Part shown: one piece after another, positions 1 to 9,155 of the stretch
Layout: each line of letters starts with the position of its first letter
Numbering within the stretch: position 1 is the stretch's first letter
Origin: Bacilli bacterium
GTDB lineage: Bacteria; Bacillota_I; Bacilli_A; RFN20; CAG-826
Direction of reading: 5' to 3'
Assembly: GCA_050874705.1 (NCBI GenBank)
Contig: JBNMLE010000003.1
Location: 1 to 52,976, forward strand
DNA: 52,976 bases
Position numbers and translations under genes: made by a program
Notes under the pieces: generated by a model
Databases searched by the model: none
Told to the model about the DNA's origin: nothing
Seen by the model: only the letters and a program-made list of their open reading frames with translations

Positions 1-47
1 ATTTAACACTCTATTTATATTAAAATAAATAAATGTTAGGAGATAAA

Positions 48-395
48 ATGGAAACAAGAGTTGAAAAATTTAAAGAATATCGTGAAGAAATTCAAAATTC
101 TTTTTCTGAAGCTGATTTAACAACTAAAATTGTAACTTCTAATCGAGTAAACGAGATAATAGATGAACAAAACAAAGTTGAAAATTATAAAAATGACTCA
201 AATACAATTTCATATGATCAACTCATGAATTCTTATCAAATTTATGAAAAAGGAGATAAGGATGAATATGTTTCACCATTAGCTTCTAAATATAAAAAGA
301 AATTAGCTTATATTATTACCGCGGTAAGTGTAAATTCGCTTTTAGCAATTGCCTTATTAGTGGTTACCATATTACATTTTGGAGGTATTTTATGA
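48..395 (+). CDS. Hypothetical protein with C-terminal transmembrane anchor
   Basis: ORF 33..395; AGGAG RBS favours ATG at 48; hydrophobic C-terminus; overlaps cmk start. Confidence 0.7.
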   Translation: METRVEKFKEYREEIQNSFSEADLTTKIVTSNRVNEIIDEQNKVENYKNDSNTISYDQLMNSYQIYEKGDKDEYVSPLASKYKKKLAYIITAVSVNSLLAIALLVVTILHFGGIL

Positions 396-1060
396 ACAAA
401 CGTGTTGTTGTTGCAATTGACGGTCCTGCTGCAGCTGGGAAATCTACCGTTTCAAAAGTGGTTGCTAAAAAACTAGGTTATACATATATAGATACAGGTG
501 CTATGTATCGCGCTTTTACAAGTTATGTTATTGATAAAGGCGTTGACCCAAAAGATGAAAAAGCATCTTGCGCTTTAATACCAGAAGTAAAAATTACTTT
601 ATATCCTGATGGAAAAGTAATGTGTTCTGGAAAAGATGTAACAAGAGTTATCCGTGAACCATTAGTAAGCGGAAATGTAAGTTATATCGCCTCATATAAA
701 GATATTCGTTTAGCACTTGTTGAGCAACAAAGAGAAATGGCTAAGTCTCAATCAGTTGTTATGGATGGTAGAGATATTGGCACATATGTTCTTCCTAATG
801 CTGATGTAAAGATTTTTATGGTTGCATCCGTTAAAGAAAGAGCGGATAGACGTTATAAAGAGAATATGGAAAAAGGTATTCCATGTACTTATGAAGACAT
901 TGTCGCAGATGTAGAAAAACGCGATAGAATTGACTCTTCGCGCGCTTTTGCTCCATTAAAACCCGCTGAAGACTCTATTTTACTTGATACTTCTACACTA
1001 AATATTGAAGAAGCTGTTAACGCTGTTTTGAAAATAATTAAAGACAAAGTAGGTGAATAA
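392..1060 (+). CDS. cmk: Cytidylate kinase
   Basis: AIDGPAAAGKST, DTGAMYRA and VMDGRDIGT motifs. Confidence 0.97.
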   Translation: MNKRVVVAIDGPAAAGKSTVSKVVAKKLGYTYIDTGAMYRAFTSYVIDKGVDPKDEKASCALIPEVKITLYPDGKVMCSGKDVTRVIREPLVSGNVSYIASYKDIRLALVEQQREMAKSQSVVMDGRDIGTYVLPNADVKIFMVASVKERADRRYKENMEKGIPCTYEDIVADVEKRDRIDSSRAFAPLKPAEDSILLDTSTLNIEEAVNAVLKIIKDKVGE

Positions 1061-1061
1061 A

Positions 1062-2369
1062 ATGGCATTAGGAGTAGTAGCACTTATTGGAAGCCCAAAC
1101 GTTGGTAAGTCAACTATTTTTAATCGTATCATTGGAAGAAGACGTTCAATTGTTGATGATCAACCAGGCGTAACAAGAGACCGCTTATATGAAACAACAA
1201 GTTGGCTCGGTAAAGAATTTAGACTCATTGATACCGGTGGAATTGAAGTTGCTGATAGACCATTTCAAGAACAAATTCGTATGCAAGCACAACTTGCTAT
1301 AGATGAAGCGGATGTTATTGTTTTTATTGCTGATGGAAAAAAAGGCGTTTCTAATGACGATAGACTTATCGCAAAAATGCTTTATAAAACAAAAAAACCT
1401 GTTATTTTAGCGGTAAATAAAATTGATAGTTATGAAATGGTGCCAAATCTTGGTGAATTTTATTCATTAGGTTTAGGAGAACCTATTCCAACAAGTGGTG
1501 AGCATGGTATTGGGATTGGAGATATATTGGATAAAATTATTAAAAATCTTCCTGATAAAAAAGATGATGAATATGATGACGCAATAACTTTTTCAATTAT
1601 TGGTCGTCCAAATGTCGGAAAATCATCTTTAGTAAACGCTTTATTAAATAAAGACCGTGTTATTGTTTCTAACATCGTTGGTACAACTAGAGATTCAGTT
1701 GATACTCCATTTACAAAAGATGGACAAAATTATGTTGTTATCGATACTGCCGGACTTAAAAAGCGTGGAAAAATTTACGAGGGTGTTGATAAATATTCTT
1801 CTTTGCGCGCTTTAGCGGCTATTGATAGAAGCGAGATTGTCTTATTTGCTATTGACGCTAACGAAGGTATTCTTGAACAAGATAAGCATGTTGTTGGATA
1901 TGCTGTAGAAAAGAAAAAAGGAATCGTTATAGTTGTAAATAAATGGGATTTAATTAAAAAAGAACAAAATACTCAAGCTGAGTTTGAAAAGAAAATTCGC
2001 AAAGAATTTGTTTTTATTGATTACGCTCCAATTGTTTTTGTTTCAGCTTTAAACAAAACAAAAATTGATAATATTTATAAAATGATAAAAATGGTACATG
2101 AAGCCTATGATACACATGTTCCAACAAGCCTATTAAATGATGTAATTCAAGACGCTCAAACAATGAATGAAGCCCCTGAATTCAACCATGGAAGACTAAA
2201 AATATATTTTGCCAATCAAGCAAATTCTTGTCCTCCAACTTTTGTATTATTTGTTAATAAACCTAAATATGCGCATTTTTCTTATATGAGATATATTGAG
2301 AATAGATTGCGAAATTCTTTTAATCTTGATGGAACACCGATTGAAATTGTACTTCGAGAGCGTGTATAA
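1062..2369 (+). CDS. der: Ribosome biogenesis GTPase Der (EngA)
   Basis: Two G domains (GSPNVGKST, GRPNVGKSS), DTGG/DTAG, NKID/NKWD; ATG 1062 follows AGGTG RBS (ORF from GTG 1053). Confidence 0.97.
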   Translation: MALGVVALIGSPNVGKSTIFNRIIGRRRSIVDDQPGVTRDRLYETTSWLGKEFRLIDTGGIEVADRPFQEQIRMQAQLAIDEADVIVFIADGKKGVSNDDRLIAKMLYKTKKPVILAVNKIDSYEMVPNLGEFYSLGLGEPIPTSGEHGIGIGDILDKIIKNLPDKKDDEYDDAITFSIIGRPNVGKSSLVNALLNKDRVIVSNIVGTTRDSVDTPFTKDGQNYVVIDTAGLKKRGKIYEGVDKYSSLRALAAIDRSEIVLFAIDANEGILEQDKHVVGYAVEKKKGIVIVVNKWDLIKKEQNTQAEFEKKIRKEFVFIDYAPIVFVSALNKTKIDNIYKMIKMVHEAYDTHVPTSLLNDVIQDAQTMNEAPEFNHGRLKIYFANQANSCPPTFVLFVNKPKYAHFSYMRYIENRLRNSFNLDGTPIEIVLRERV

Positions 2370-2401
2370 TAAAATAAACTTAAAGAAAAGGAGCTATATA
2401 T

Positions 2402-2674
2402 ATGAACAAAGCCGAATTAATGCAACTCGTTAGCGAAAAAGTTGACGTTTCCCGTGCAGATGTGGAAAATGTTGTCGACGAATTTCTCGCTTTGATTGAA
2501 AAATCAATCGTAAATGGCGAAGAAGTTAAGCTTTCTGGTTTTGGTATCTTTGAGAAAAAAGATCGCAAAGAACGTAAAGGAACAAATCCATCTGATGGTT
2601 CACATATTGTTATTCCTGCAAGTTCAACAATTGCTTTTAGACCTTCAAAGACCTTCAAAGCAAAACTCAACTAA
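2402..2674 (+). CDS. hup: HU family DNA-binding protein
   Basis: MNKAEL..., GFGIF, RKGTNP, FRPSKTFK. Confidence 0.93.
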   Translation: MNKAELMQLVSEKVDVSRADVENVVDEFLALIEKSIVNGEEVKLSGFGIFEKKDRKERKGTNPSDGSHIVIPASSTIAFRPSKTFKAKLN

Positions 2675-2688
2675 TCAATGTTAGAAAT

Positions 2689-2719
2689 AAGAAGCCGATT
2701 GATAATGGCTTCTTTTTTT
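2689..2719 (+). terminator. Intrinsic terminator after hup
   Basis: AAGAAGCC-loop-GGCTTCTT followed by T run. Confidence 0.8.
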
Positions 2720-2732
2720 ATATAATAAAAAT

Positions 2733-3344
2733 ATGCGAAATGAAACATTTGATTCCTTAGCCAAATTATTTAATAAAAATGGATTTCGACTTTATATGAT
2801 CGGCGGTACTTCAAGAGATAGCCTTCTTGGTCTTAATTTTGATGATTATGATTTTGTAACTGATGCTACGCCGAAGGAAATGAAAAAATTTTTATTAGAT
2901 GCAAACTATACATTTGAAAGATTTGGAACAGTAAAACTTAAAGTCGATAAATATCATGTTGATATAACAACATTAAGAATTGAAGAAGGATATAACGACC
3001 ATCGTCATCCAAGTTCAATTATTTTTACAAAGGATTTAGAAAAAGATTTTGTTAGAAGAGATTTTACTATTAATGCAATATATATAGATGAAAATTATAA
3101 AATTTATGATTTTTGTGGTGGTCTTTCTGATTTAAAAAATAAAATAATTCGATTTATTGGTGATCCCTATAAAAGAATTAAAGAAGATCCTTTAAGAATT
3201 CTACGCGCTGAAAGATTTAAAGAAAAACTTAATTTCATTATTGAACCAAATTCGTCAAAAGCAATAAAAGAAAACTATAATTTGTTAAATGAATTAAATC
3301 CTCAAAAAATAAATGAAGAAAATAAGAAAAAAAGTTTAATTTAA
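2733..3344 (+). CDS. cca: Class II tRNA nucleotidyltransferase (CCA-adding family), head/neck only, 203 aa
   Basis: GGTSRD, DYD, RRDFTINA and EDPLRILRAERF motifs; ends at motif E. Confidence 0.85.
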   Translation: MRNETFDSLAKLFNKNGFRLYMIGGTSRDSLLGLNFDDYDFVTDATPKEMKKFLLDANYTFERFGTVKLKVDKYHVDITTLRIEEGYNDHRHPSSIIFTKDLEKDFVRRDFTINAIYIDENYKIYDFCGGLSDLKNKIIRFIGDPYKRIKEDPLRILRAERFKEKLNFIIEPNSSKAIKENYNLLNELNPQKINEENKKKSLI

Positions 3345-3372
3345 TAATTAAACCTTGTAACATATAAGCATT

Positions 3373-4020
3373 ATGTCAAACGTTCAAATGGAAGCATTAG
3401 ACTTCCGCTACTTACTTCTTGAATATTATAAAAAGCTAAAAATTAGTGAAAACGAATTAGCGGTTATTTTTATGATTGACCATCTTTTGAGTCAAAAAAA
3501 CACATTGGTTACACCTGATTTATTATCATTAAAAATGAATTTATCAACAAAAGAGCTCGATAAAATCATGGTCAATTTAATTGAAAAGAATTTCCTTGTT
3601 TATGATATTGGCAAAAAAACAAAAATTTCATTGAAACCACTTCAAAAGAAATTATATGAAGCGTTTCAACTTTCACTCGCAAAAGAGCAAGAAATTTCTT
3701 CTAGTGAAGAAAAAAGCCAATATATGTCAAATATTTATGAAGTTTTTGAAAGAGAACTTAAACGTTCATTATCACCATTAGAATTATCATTAATTAATGA
3801 ATGGGTAAATGATGGTTTTAGTGATGAGACAATTATTAACGCTCTTAATGAGACTTTAAGAAAAGGAAAGAAGACTCTTAAAAGCGTAGACAAACTTCTA
3901 GTTCAATGGAAAACTAGAGATGATATTGAAAAAGAAGGTATTTCAAACGTTAAAGAAGTTTGGGATGATGATATTGAAAAAGCTATGGAAATAGCCAAAA
4001 CAAAATGGATCAATGATTAA
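3373..4020 (+). CDS. dnaD: DnaD replication initiation/primosome protein
   Basis: LLEYYKKLKISENE N-terminus, FERELKRSLSPLE domain; upstream of nth. Confidence 0.85.
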   Translation: MSNVQMEALDFRYLLLEYYKKLKISENELAVIFMIDHLLSQKNTLVTPDLLSLKMNLSTKELDKIMVNLIEKNFLVYDIGKKTKISLKPLQKKLYEAFQLSLAKEQEISSSEEKSQYMSNIYEVFERELKRSLSPLELSLINEWVNDGFSDETIINALNETLRKGKKTLKSVDKLLVQWKTRDDIEKEGISNVKEVWDDDIEKAMEIAKTKWIND

Positions 4021-4648
4021 TTCTGACTTATTACTAACCTATTTAAACAAACTTTACCCAAATGCACATTGTGAATTAAATTATTCAAATGATTATGAAC
4101 TTTTGATTGCTATTATGCTTTCAGCTCAAACCACTGATAAAGCAGTTAACAAAGCAACTGAAGTTCTTTTTAAGAAATACCCAACATTAAATGATTTGAA
4201 TAAAGCATCTAAAAACGATATTCAAGAATGCATTTCTAGATTAGGGATGAGTGATGTTAAAAGTAGAAATATTAAGGAAATTGCAAGGATTTTGGTTGAA
4301 AAATATAATTCCAAAGTTCCGTTAAACGAAGAGGTTTTATTATCTTTTCCAGGTGTTGGAAATAAAACAAAAAACTGTTTTCTAGCAGAAATGTATCACC
4401 TACCTTTTTTAGCGGTTGATACGCATGTTCAAAGAATTAGCAAAAGATTAAATATTGCTTTAGAAAACGATGATATAAATACTATCGAAAATAAATTATT
4501 AAAAATAATACCTCAAGATAAAATCATTTTAGCCAATCATCAACTTATATCTTTTGGTAGAAATATTTGTAAAGCAAAAAATCCTTTGTGCAACGAATGC
4601 GAATTAAAGAAATTTTGTTTGTATTTTAAAAATAAACTTCATCAATAA
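4013..4648 (+). CDS. nth: Endonuclease III
   Basis: LSAQTTD, HhH PGVGNKT, VDTHV, CKAKNPLCNECELKKFC Fe-S motif. Confidence 0.95.
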   Translation: MINSDLLLTYLNKLYPNAHCELNYSNDYELLIAIMLSAQTTDKAVNKATEVLFKKYPTLNDLNKASKNDIQECISRLGMSDVKSRNIKEIARILVEKYNSKVPLNEEVLLSFPGVGNKTKNCFLAEMYHLPFLAVDTHVQRISKRLNIALENDDINTIENKLLKIIPQDKIILANHQLISFGRNICKAKNPLCNECELKKFCLYFKNKLHQ

Positions 4649-5210
4649 TTGGTAAATAATCAAGACGAGGATGGTAACCTATTTTTATTAATTTTCCTTT
4701 TTCTTTAATAAATGAATAAGGAATAGAATGGCGTTCATTTTTCTCTTTAAAATCTATTATGTGATTAGCGTCAACTAAATATGTTTCATTTAATTTTGAA
4801 AATTGAATAATGAAAAAAGCGATACCACCAAATTCAATAACTTTTTTAAGATGTTTAATTTGTTGAATTGGTATATTGCTTAATGGAAAAGATGTAGTTG
4901 ATTGTGTTTGTTTTGCTTCAAAATCTATATATCTAGATTTATATATACCGTTATAGTCGGTAGTGGATTGTTTTTCAAAATAGGCATCAGTAATTCTAGC
5001 GCCTTTACTATAATCAACTTTTACAATATTTATTGGAGTTGGTCTTTTAGTAATCAAACATAAATTCTTTTCTAAATAATATTGATTAGAATCATTTATA
5101 TCGCTTTCAAGAGACATGCCTCTATTAGCGGCATTAAAAATATTCTTATGTTTTATTGTTTTTTGTGCTTTATTATTTTGATTTTTTTTACCGTTTGGAT
5201 AATTGATCAT
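4626..5210 (-). CDS. recU: Holliday junction resolvase RecU
   Basis: INYPNGK, NRGMSLE, KRPTP, STTDYNG, DFEAK. Confidence 0.97.
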   Translation of the reverse strand: MINYPNGKKNQNNKAQKTIKHKNIFNAANRGMSLESDINDSNQYYLEKNLCLITKRPTPINIVKVDYSKGARITDAYFEKQSTTDYNGIYKSRYIDFEAKQTQSTTSFPLSNIPIQQIKHLKKVIEFGGIAFFIIQFSKLNETYLVDANHIIDFKEKNERHSIPYSFIKEKGKLIKIGYHPRLDYLPIIDEVYF

Positions 5211-5932
5211 TCTAAAGAATCGCTCACAATTTTATCAAAGTCTTCTGGTGAGACACTTTCCCCTGATGCTAATTTAGCAATTACTTGGTGAACTGGCGAT
5301 GGGAGATGTCTCATTTTTTGTAAAACTTTTTTGTATTCTACTTTCATTATCGCTTTATTATGAAGCATTGCGTCATATAGATAAGCAAGATTTAATGCAT
5401 CAGCGTAAGCGTTATGTTGTGTTCCTTTAAAATCAACATTGAATATTTTTAACATGTTGGCAAGAGAATAAGTGTTTCCATTTTCATCTTTAATAAAAGT
5501 TGAAATAAAATCACTTAAATCAAAGGAGTGCTTAATCATAAGATGAACATCATCTGTACTCGCATCAAGATTATAAGCTAAAGATTGAGATAGAATTCTT
5601 AAATCATGAGAACCAAATGTCACAAAGAGAGTTTTTGTAAAATTAATACCAAGATATTTTTTTAATTCGTTTATAGCAACGCGAAAAGAAACTCCATCTT
5701 TTTTAGTCATATCTTCAGTAATATGTGTTAAATCAGTTACAACTTTCCCAATTTTGTTTTTCGCTTTGACAAGAGTGTAAAATCCTTTGTGATATTTTTT
5801 AATAGTCATGTCTTTTGCTAAATCGACTTTAACAGCTCCTATAGCAATCATTTCGTGTGAAAATTGTGTTCCTTCTAAATCAAGGAAACATAATGAACGG
5901 CGTTTTTGAATATGTTTTTCTAATTCTTTCAT
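5207..5932 (-). CDS. DEDDh 3'-5' exonuclease (KapD-like)
   Basis: FLDLEGT, GSHD, HNAYADA; overlaps recU start. Confidence 0.8.
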   Translation of the reverse strand: MKELEKHIQKRRSLCFLDLEGTQFSHEMIAIGAVKVDLAKDMTIKKYHKGFYTLVKAKNKIGKVVTDLTHITEDMTKKDGVSFRVAINELKKYLGINFTKTLFVTFGSHDLRILSQSLAYNLDASTDDVHLMIKHSFDLSDFISTFIKDENGNTYSLANMLKIFNVDFKGTQHNAYADALNLAYLYDAMLHNKAIMKVEYKKVLQKMRHLPSPVHQVIAKLASGESVSPEDFDKIVSDSLE

Positions 5933-6031
5933 AATTATTTTGCATTATATCATTACTTTAAAATAATTTTAAGTAAAAGTATTTGTTTTAATCTGAATTT
6001 TTAATATAATTAAAACGTCTCGGAGAGAATA

Positions 6032-6394
6032 ATGGCTAAAAAAATAAATTTTGATTCCAATACTTTGCTCAATCTAAAATTCAGCAAAAACGTTAAAGGC
6101 TATGATGCATTTCAAGTTGATTCAAGCCTTGATAAAGTTGTTAATGATTATCGTTTTTATGAAAGTTTTTATAAAGAAGCAAAGGATTATATCGCTGAGC
6201 TTGAAGGCAATATAAAAAAGCTTAAAGACGATGCAAGAAAAAAAGATGTCGAGATAGCTAAATATCAAAAACGTCTTGAAGGGATTAAAGATAAAACTAA
6301 TGTAACAAGTGAAAATATTGATTTATTGCAACGAATAAACGCATTAGAAAAAGCACTTTATTCTAGAGGTATTGACCCAAATAAAATAAAATAA
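6032..6394 (+). CDS. gpsB: GpsB/DivIVA-family cell cycle protein
   Basis: KFSKNVKGYDAFQVDSSLD N-domain, NIDLLQRINALEK C-domain; directly upstream of rnpB. Confidence 0.8.
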   Translation: MAKKINFDSNTLLNLKFSKNVKGYDAFQVDSSLDKVVNDYRFYESFYKEAKDYIAELEGNIKKLKDDARKKDVEIAKYQKRLEGIKDKTNVTSENIDLLQRINALEKALYSRGIDPNKIK

Positions 6395-6399
6395 ATATA

Positions 6400-6730
6400 T
6401 CCGGTCTGGATAATTGCTAGCATTGCTAGAGGAAAGTCCATGCTCGCACCATCTGAGATGATGGTAGTGATTGCGCTAACGGAAAAAATAACGTTAGGTA
6501 TGCAGGAGTGCATAACGGCGGAACTAATCTAAAACATTGTCATGATGATGTTCCTGAAAGTGCCACAGAGACGAGCTTGATAGAAATATCAAGGTGGAAC
6601 GATGGTAAACCCCACAAGCGAGAAACCCAAATTTGGTAGGGGAGGTCGAACGGAAGAATTCAATTCCAATCGGCATGTGAAAACATAGATAAATTATTAT
6701 CCTAGACAAAACATGGCTTATAGGATCGGA
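6400..6730 (+). ncRNA. rnpB: RNase P RNA, type B
   Basis: GAGGAAAGTCCATGCTCGC, GTGCCACAG, GGTAAACCCC, GAAACCCAAATTTGGTAGGGGA, AAAACATGGCTTA; terminal helix TCCGGTCT/GGATCGGA. Confidence 0.96.
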
Positions 6731-6755
6731 CACTCACTAAAAAGAAGGAAATAAT

Positions 6756-7394
6756 ATGAATTTGCCAAATAAGATTACAATATCAAGAATTATTCTAATT
6801 GTTTTAACAATAATCTCGATGTTTGTTTTAAACTGTATTGATTTTGTTGCACCAAATATCGGGAATACAAATATTAATCTCGTTTATCTAATTTATTGTG
6901 TTATTTTCATCATTGCTGCTTTAACAGATTTTCTAGATGGCTATCTTGCAAGGAAGCTTAATCAAATTACTTCTTTTGGAAAATTCTTAGATCCAATTGC
7001 GGATAAACTCTTAAATGATTCAATGATGATTTTTATTCTTGTTCCTCAGTTATACGCTCGATCGCAAAGAAACGATTCGAATATGCTAACAATATTAATG
7101 GTTTGCGTTATCTTAATGATTGCTAGAGATTTAGTTGTCGATGGAGTAAGGCTTATCGCGGTTCAAAAAGGAAAAGTAATTGCTGCGAATATTTTTGGAA
7201 AATGTAAAACTGTTCTTCAAATGATTGCTATTCCAATGCTACTTCTCAACGATTGGCCATTTTCGTATTTTGATTCTTCATGGCCTTCATATTTACAAAT
7301 TTCAAATATCTTCTTTTATTTAGCAACATTGATGTCAGTTATATCTGGAATCATTTATGTTGTTCAAAATAGATCGGTTTTTAAGGATAACTAA
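6756..7394 (+). CDS. pgsA: CDP-diacylglycerol--glycerol-3-phosphate 3-phosphatidyltransferase
   Basis: MNLPNKIT..R, DFLDGYLAR, GKFLDPIADK. Confidence 0.95.
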   Translation: MNLPNKITISRIILIVLTIISMFVLNCIDFVAPNIGNTNINLVYLIYCVIFIIAALTDFLDGYLARKLNQITSFGKFLDPIADKLLNDSMMIFILVPQLYARSQRNDSNMLTILMVCVILMIARDLVVDGVRLIAVQKGKVIAANIFGKCKTVLQMIAIPMLLLNDWPFSYFDSSWPSYLQISNIFFYLATLMSVISGIIYVVQNRSVFKDN

Positions 7395-7396
7395 TA

Positions 7397-7864
7397 ATGG
7401 AAGAACTTTTAAAATTATTAAAAGAAAAACATTTAACATTAGGAAGCGTTGAATCTATGACCGGAGGCATGTTTGCTTCTAGTTTTACATCTATTCCTGG
7501 TGCATCATCTGTATACAAAGGTTCTTTAATAACTTATTGCATTGAAGAAAAAATTAAATTAGCGAATGTAAAAAAAGAAATTATTGACCAATATTCAGTT
7601 GTTTCAAAAGAAGTATCAATTGAAATGGCTAAAGGTGGAAAAGATGTTTTGAATGTTGATGTTTGCGTTTCAGTAACAGGAAACGCAGGTCCTACTTCTG
7701 ATATTGGCGGTAAACCAGTTGGTGAAGCGCATATCGCTGTTGCGTTTAAAGATAAAATTTTTCATAAAGAACTTAGTCTCAAAGGAGATAGAAATCACAT
7801 ACGTTGTATGTGTGTAGATGAAATGGCTTCTTTTGTCTCATTTTGTCTCATGAATGAGGCATAA
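7397..7864 (+). CDS. cinA: CinA C-terminal domain / NMN deamidase PncC
   Basis: ESMTGG, PGAS, SVTGNAGP; pgsA-cinA-recA order. Confidence 0.88.
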   Translation: MEELLKLLKEKHLTLGSVESMTGGMFASSFTSIPGASSVYKGSLITYCIEEKIKLANVKKEIIDQYSVVSKEVSIEMAKGGKDVLNVDVCVSVTGNAGPTSDIGGKPVGEAHIAVAFKDKIFHKELSLKGDRNHIRCMCVDEMASFVSFCLMNEA

Positions 7865-7916
7865 AGAGAGATTTTTATTTTCGGTTGTTGTTTAATAATG
7901 GGGAAAGGAATCAAAT

Positions 7917-8900
7917 ATGAAAAAAGAAGATTTAAAAAAAGATAATAATTCATTAGAAGAAGCGCTTAAACAAATTGAGCATGTTTTTGGTAAGGGTTCT
8001 GTAATGAAACTTGGCGAAAGACCAAGAGTAGACGTTGATGTTATTCCTTCCGGCTCATTATTAATTGACGCCGCTTTAGGTGTTGGTGGATATCCAAAAG
8101 GAAGAATTATTGAAATTTATGGCCCTGAATCAAGTGGTAAAACCACATTAGCTTTGCATGCAATAAGCGAAGCACAAAAAAAGGGCGGAAGAGCTGCATT
8201 TGTTGATGCTGAACACTCAATCGACCCTGTTTACGCTAAAAACTTAGGTGTTGATATCGATGAACTAATTTTGTCTCAACCTGATAGTGGAGAACAAGCG
8301 CTTGAAATTGTTGAAATGTTAGCTAACAGTGGTGCATTTGATATTATCGTTGTCGATAGCGTTGCTGCTTTAGTTCCTCAACAAGAACTCGATGGAGAAA
8401 TGGGCGATAATCAAGTTGGTTTACAAGCTAGACTTATGTCTAAAGCAATGCGTAAACTTGCAGGTATTTTAAATTCTCACGAATGTACGGTTATTTTTAT
8501 TAACCAACTCCGTGAAAAAGTTGGCGTTATTTATGGCAATCCAGAAACCACAACTGGTGGAAGAGCATTAAAATTCTATGCTAGTGTTCGCATTGATATA
8601 AGAAGAGCTGAAGCTATTAAAAATGGAACAAATATTATCGGCAATACTGTTAATGTGAAAATTGTTAAAAACAAAGTTGCGCCTCCATTTAAAACCTGCC
8701 AAATTGATATCATTTATGGCAAAGGAATAAATAAGACAGGTGAAATCTTAGAAATAGGCGTTCAAAAAGGTGTTTTAACTAAATCTGGATCATGGTTTGA
8801 ATATCAAGGAAACAGATTTGCAAACGGAAAAGATGCGGCTAAAAACTATTTAGAAGAACATCCTGATTTAATGAATGAAATCATTGAAAAAATAAAATAA
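7917..8900 (+). CDS. recA: Recombinase RecA
   Basis: [31 protein letters not shown]. Confidence 0.99.
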   Translation: MKKEDLKKDNNSLEEALKQIEHVFGKGSVMKLGERPRVDVDVIPSGSLLIDAALGVGGYPKGRIIEIYGPESSGKTTLALHAISEAQKKGGRAAFVDAEHSIDPVYAKNLGVDIDELILSQPDSGEQALEIVEMLANSGAFDIIVVDSVAALVPQQELDGEMGDNQVGLQARLMSKAMRKLAGILNSHECTVIFINQLREKVGVIYGNPETTTGGRALKFYASVRIDIRRAEAIKNGTNIIGNTVNVKIVKNKVAPPFKTCQIDIIYGKGINKTGEILEIGVQKGVLTKSGSWFEYQGNRFANGKDAAKNYLEEHPDLMNEIIEKIK

Positions 8901-8913
8901 TTATAAAAATTAT

Positions 8914-8939
8914 AAATGCGTCTTGATGGCGCATTTTTT
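8914..8939 (+). terminator. Intrinsic terminator after recA
   Basis: AAATGCGTC-TTGAT-GGCGCATTT plus T run. Confidence 0.75.
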
Positions 8940-8972
8940 ATATAATAAAGTCTAGATTAGATATAAGATTGT

Positions 8973-8981
8973 TGCTATAAT
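8973..8981 (+). promoter_or_regulatory. Extended -10 promoter for rny
   Basis: TGcTATAAT about 175 nt upstream of the rny ATG. Confidence 0.55.
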
Positions 8982-9155
8982 ATGAGCGTATCGAAAGATA
9001 CTTATTACCTATTAATTATAAAAATTTAGGATAAATTAATCCTTTAACTTAAATAATTCGTTGTTTTTTAAATATTAAAACAAGGTAATAAACACAATAA
9101 TAGGTGTTTTATTTTTAATAAAGTAATTCACCTTTCATATATCGGAGGTTTATTT

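Noticed and set aside
2641-2660. Tandem 10-mer ACCTTCAAAG x2
   Set aside because: Two copies inside the hup coding sequence; consistent with chance
6524-6733. 69-aa minus-strand ORF
   Set aside because: Antisense to rnpB
7831-7850. Tandem TTTTGTCTCA x2 upstream of recA
   Set aside because: Within the cinA 3' end, not a LexA box (GAAC-N4-GTTC), and no second site found
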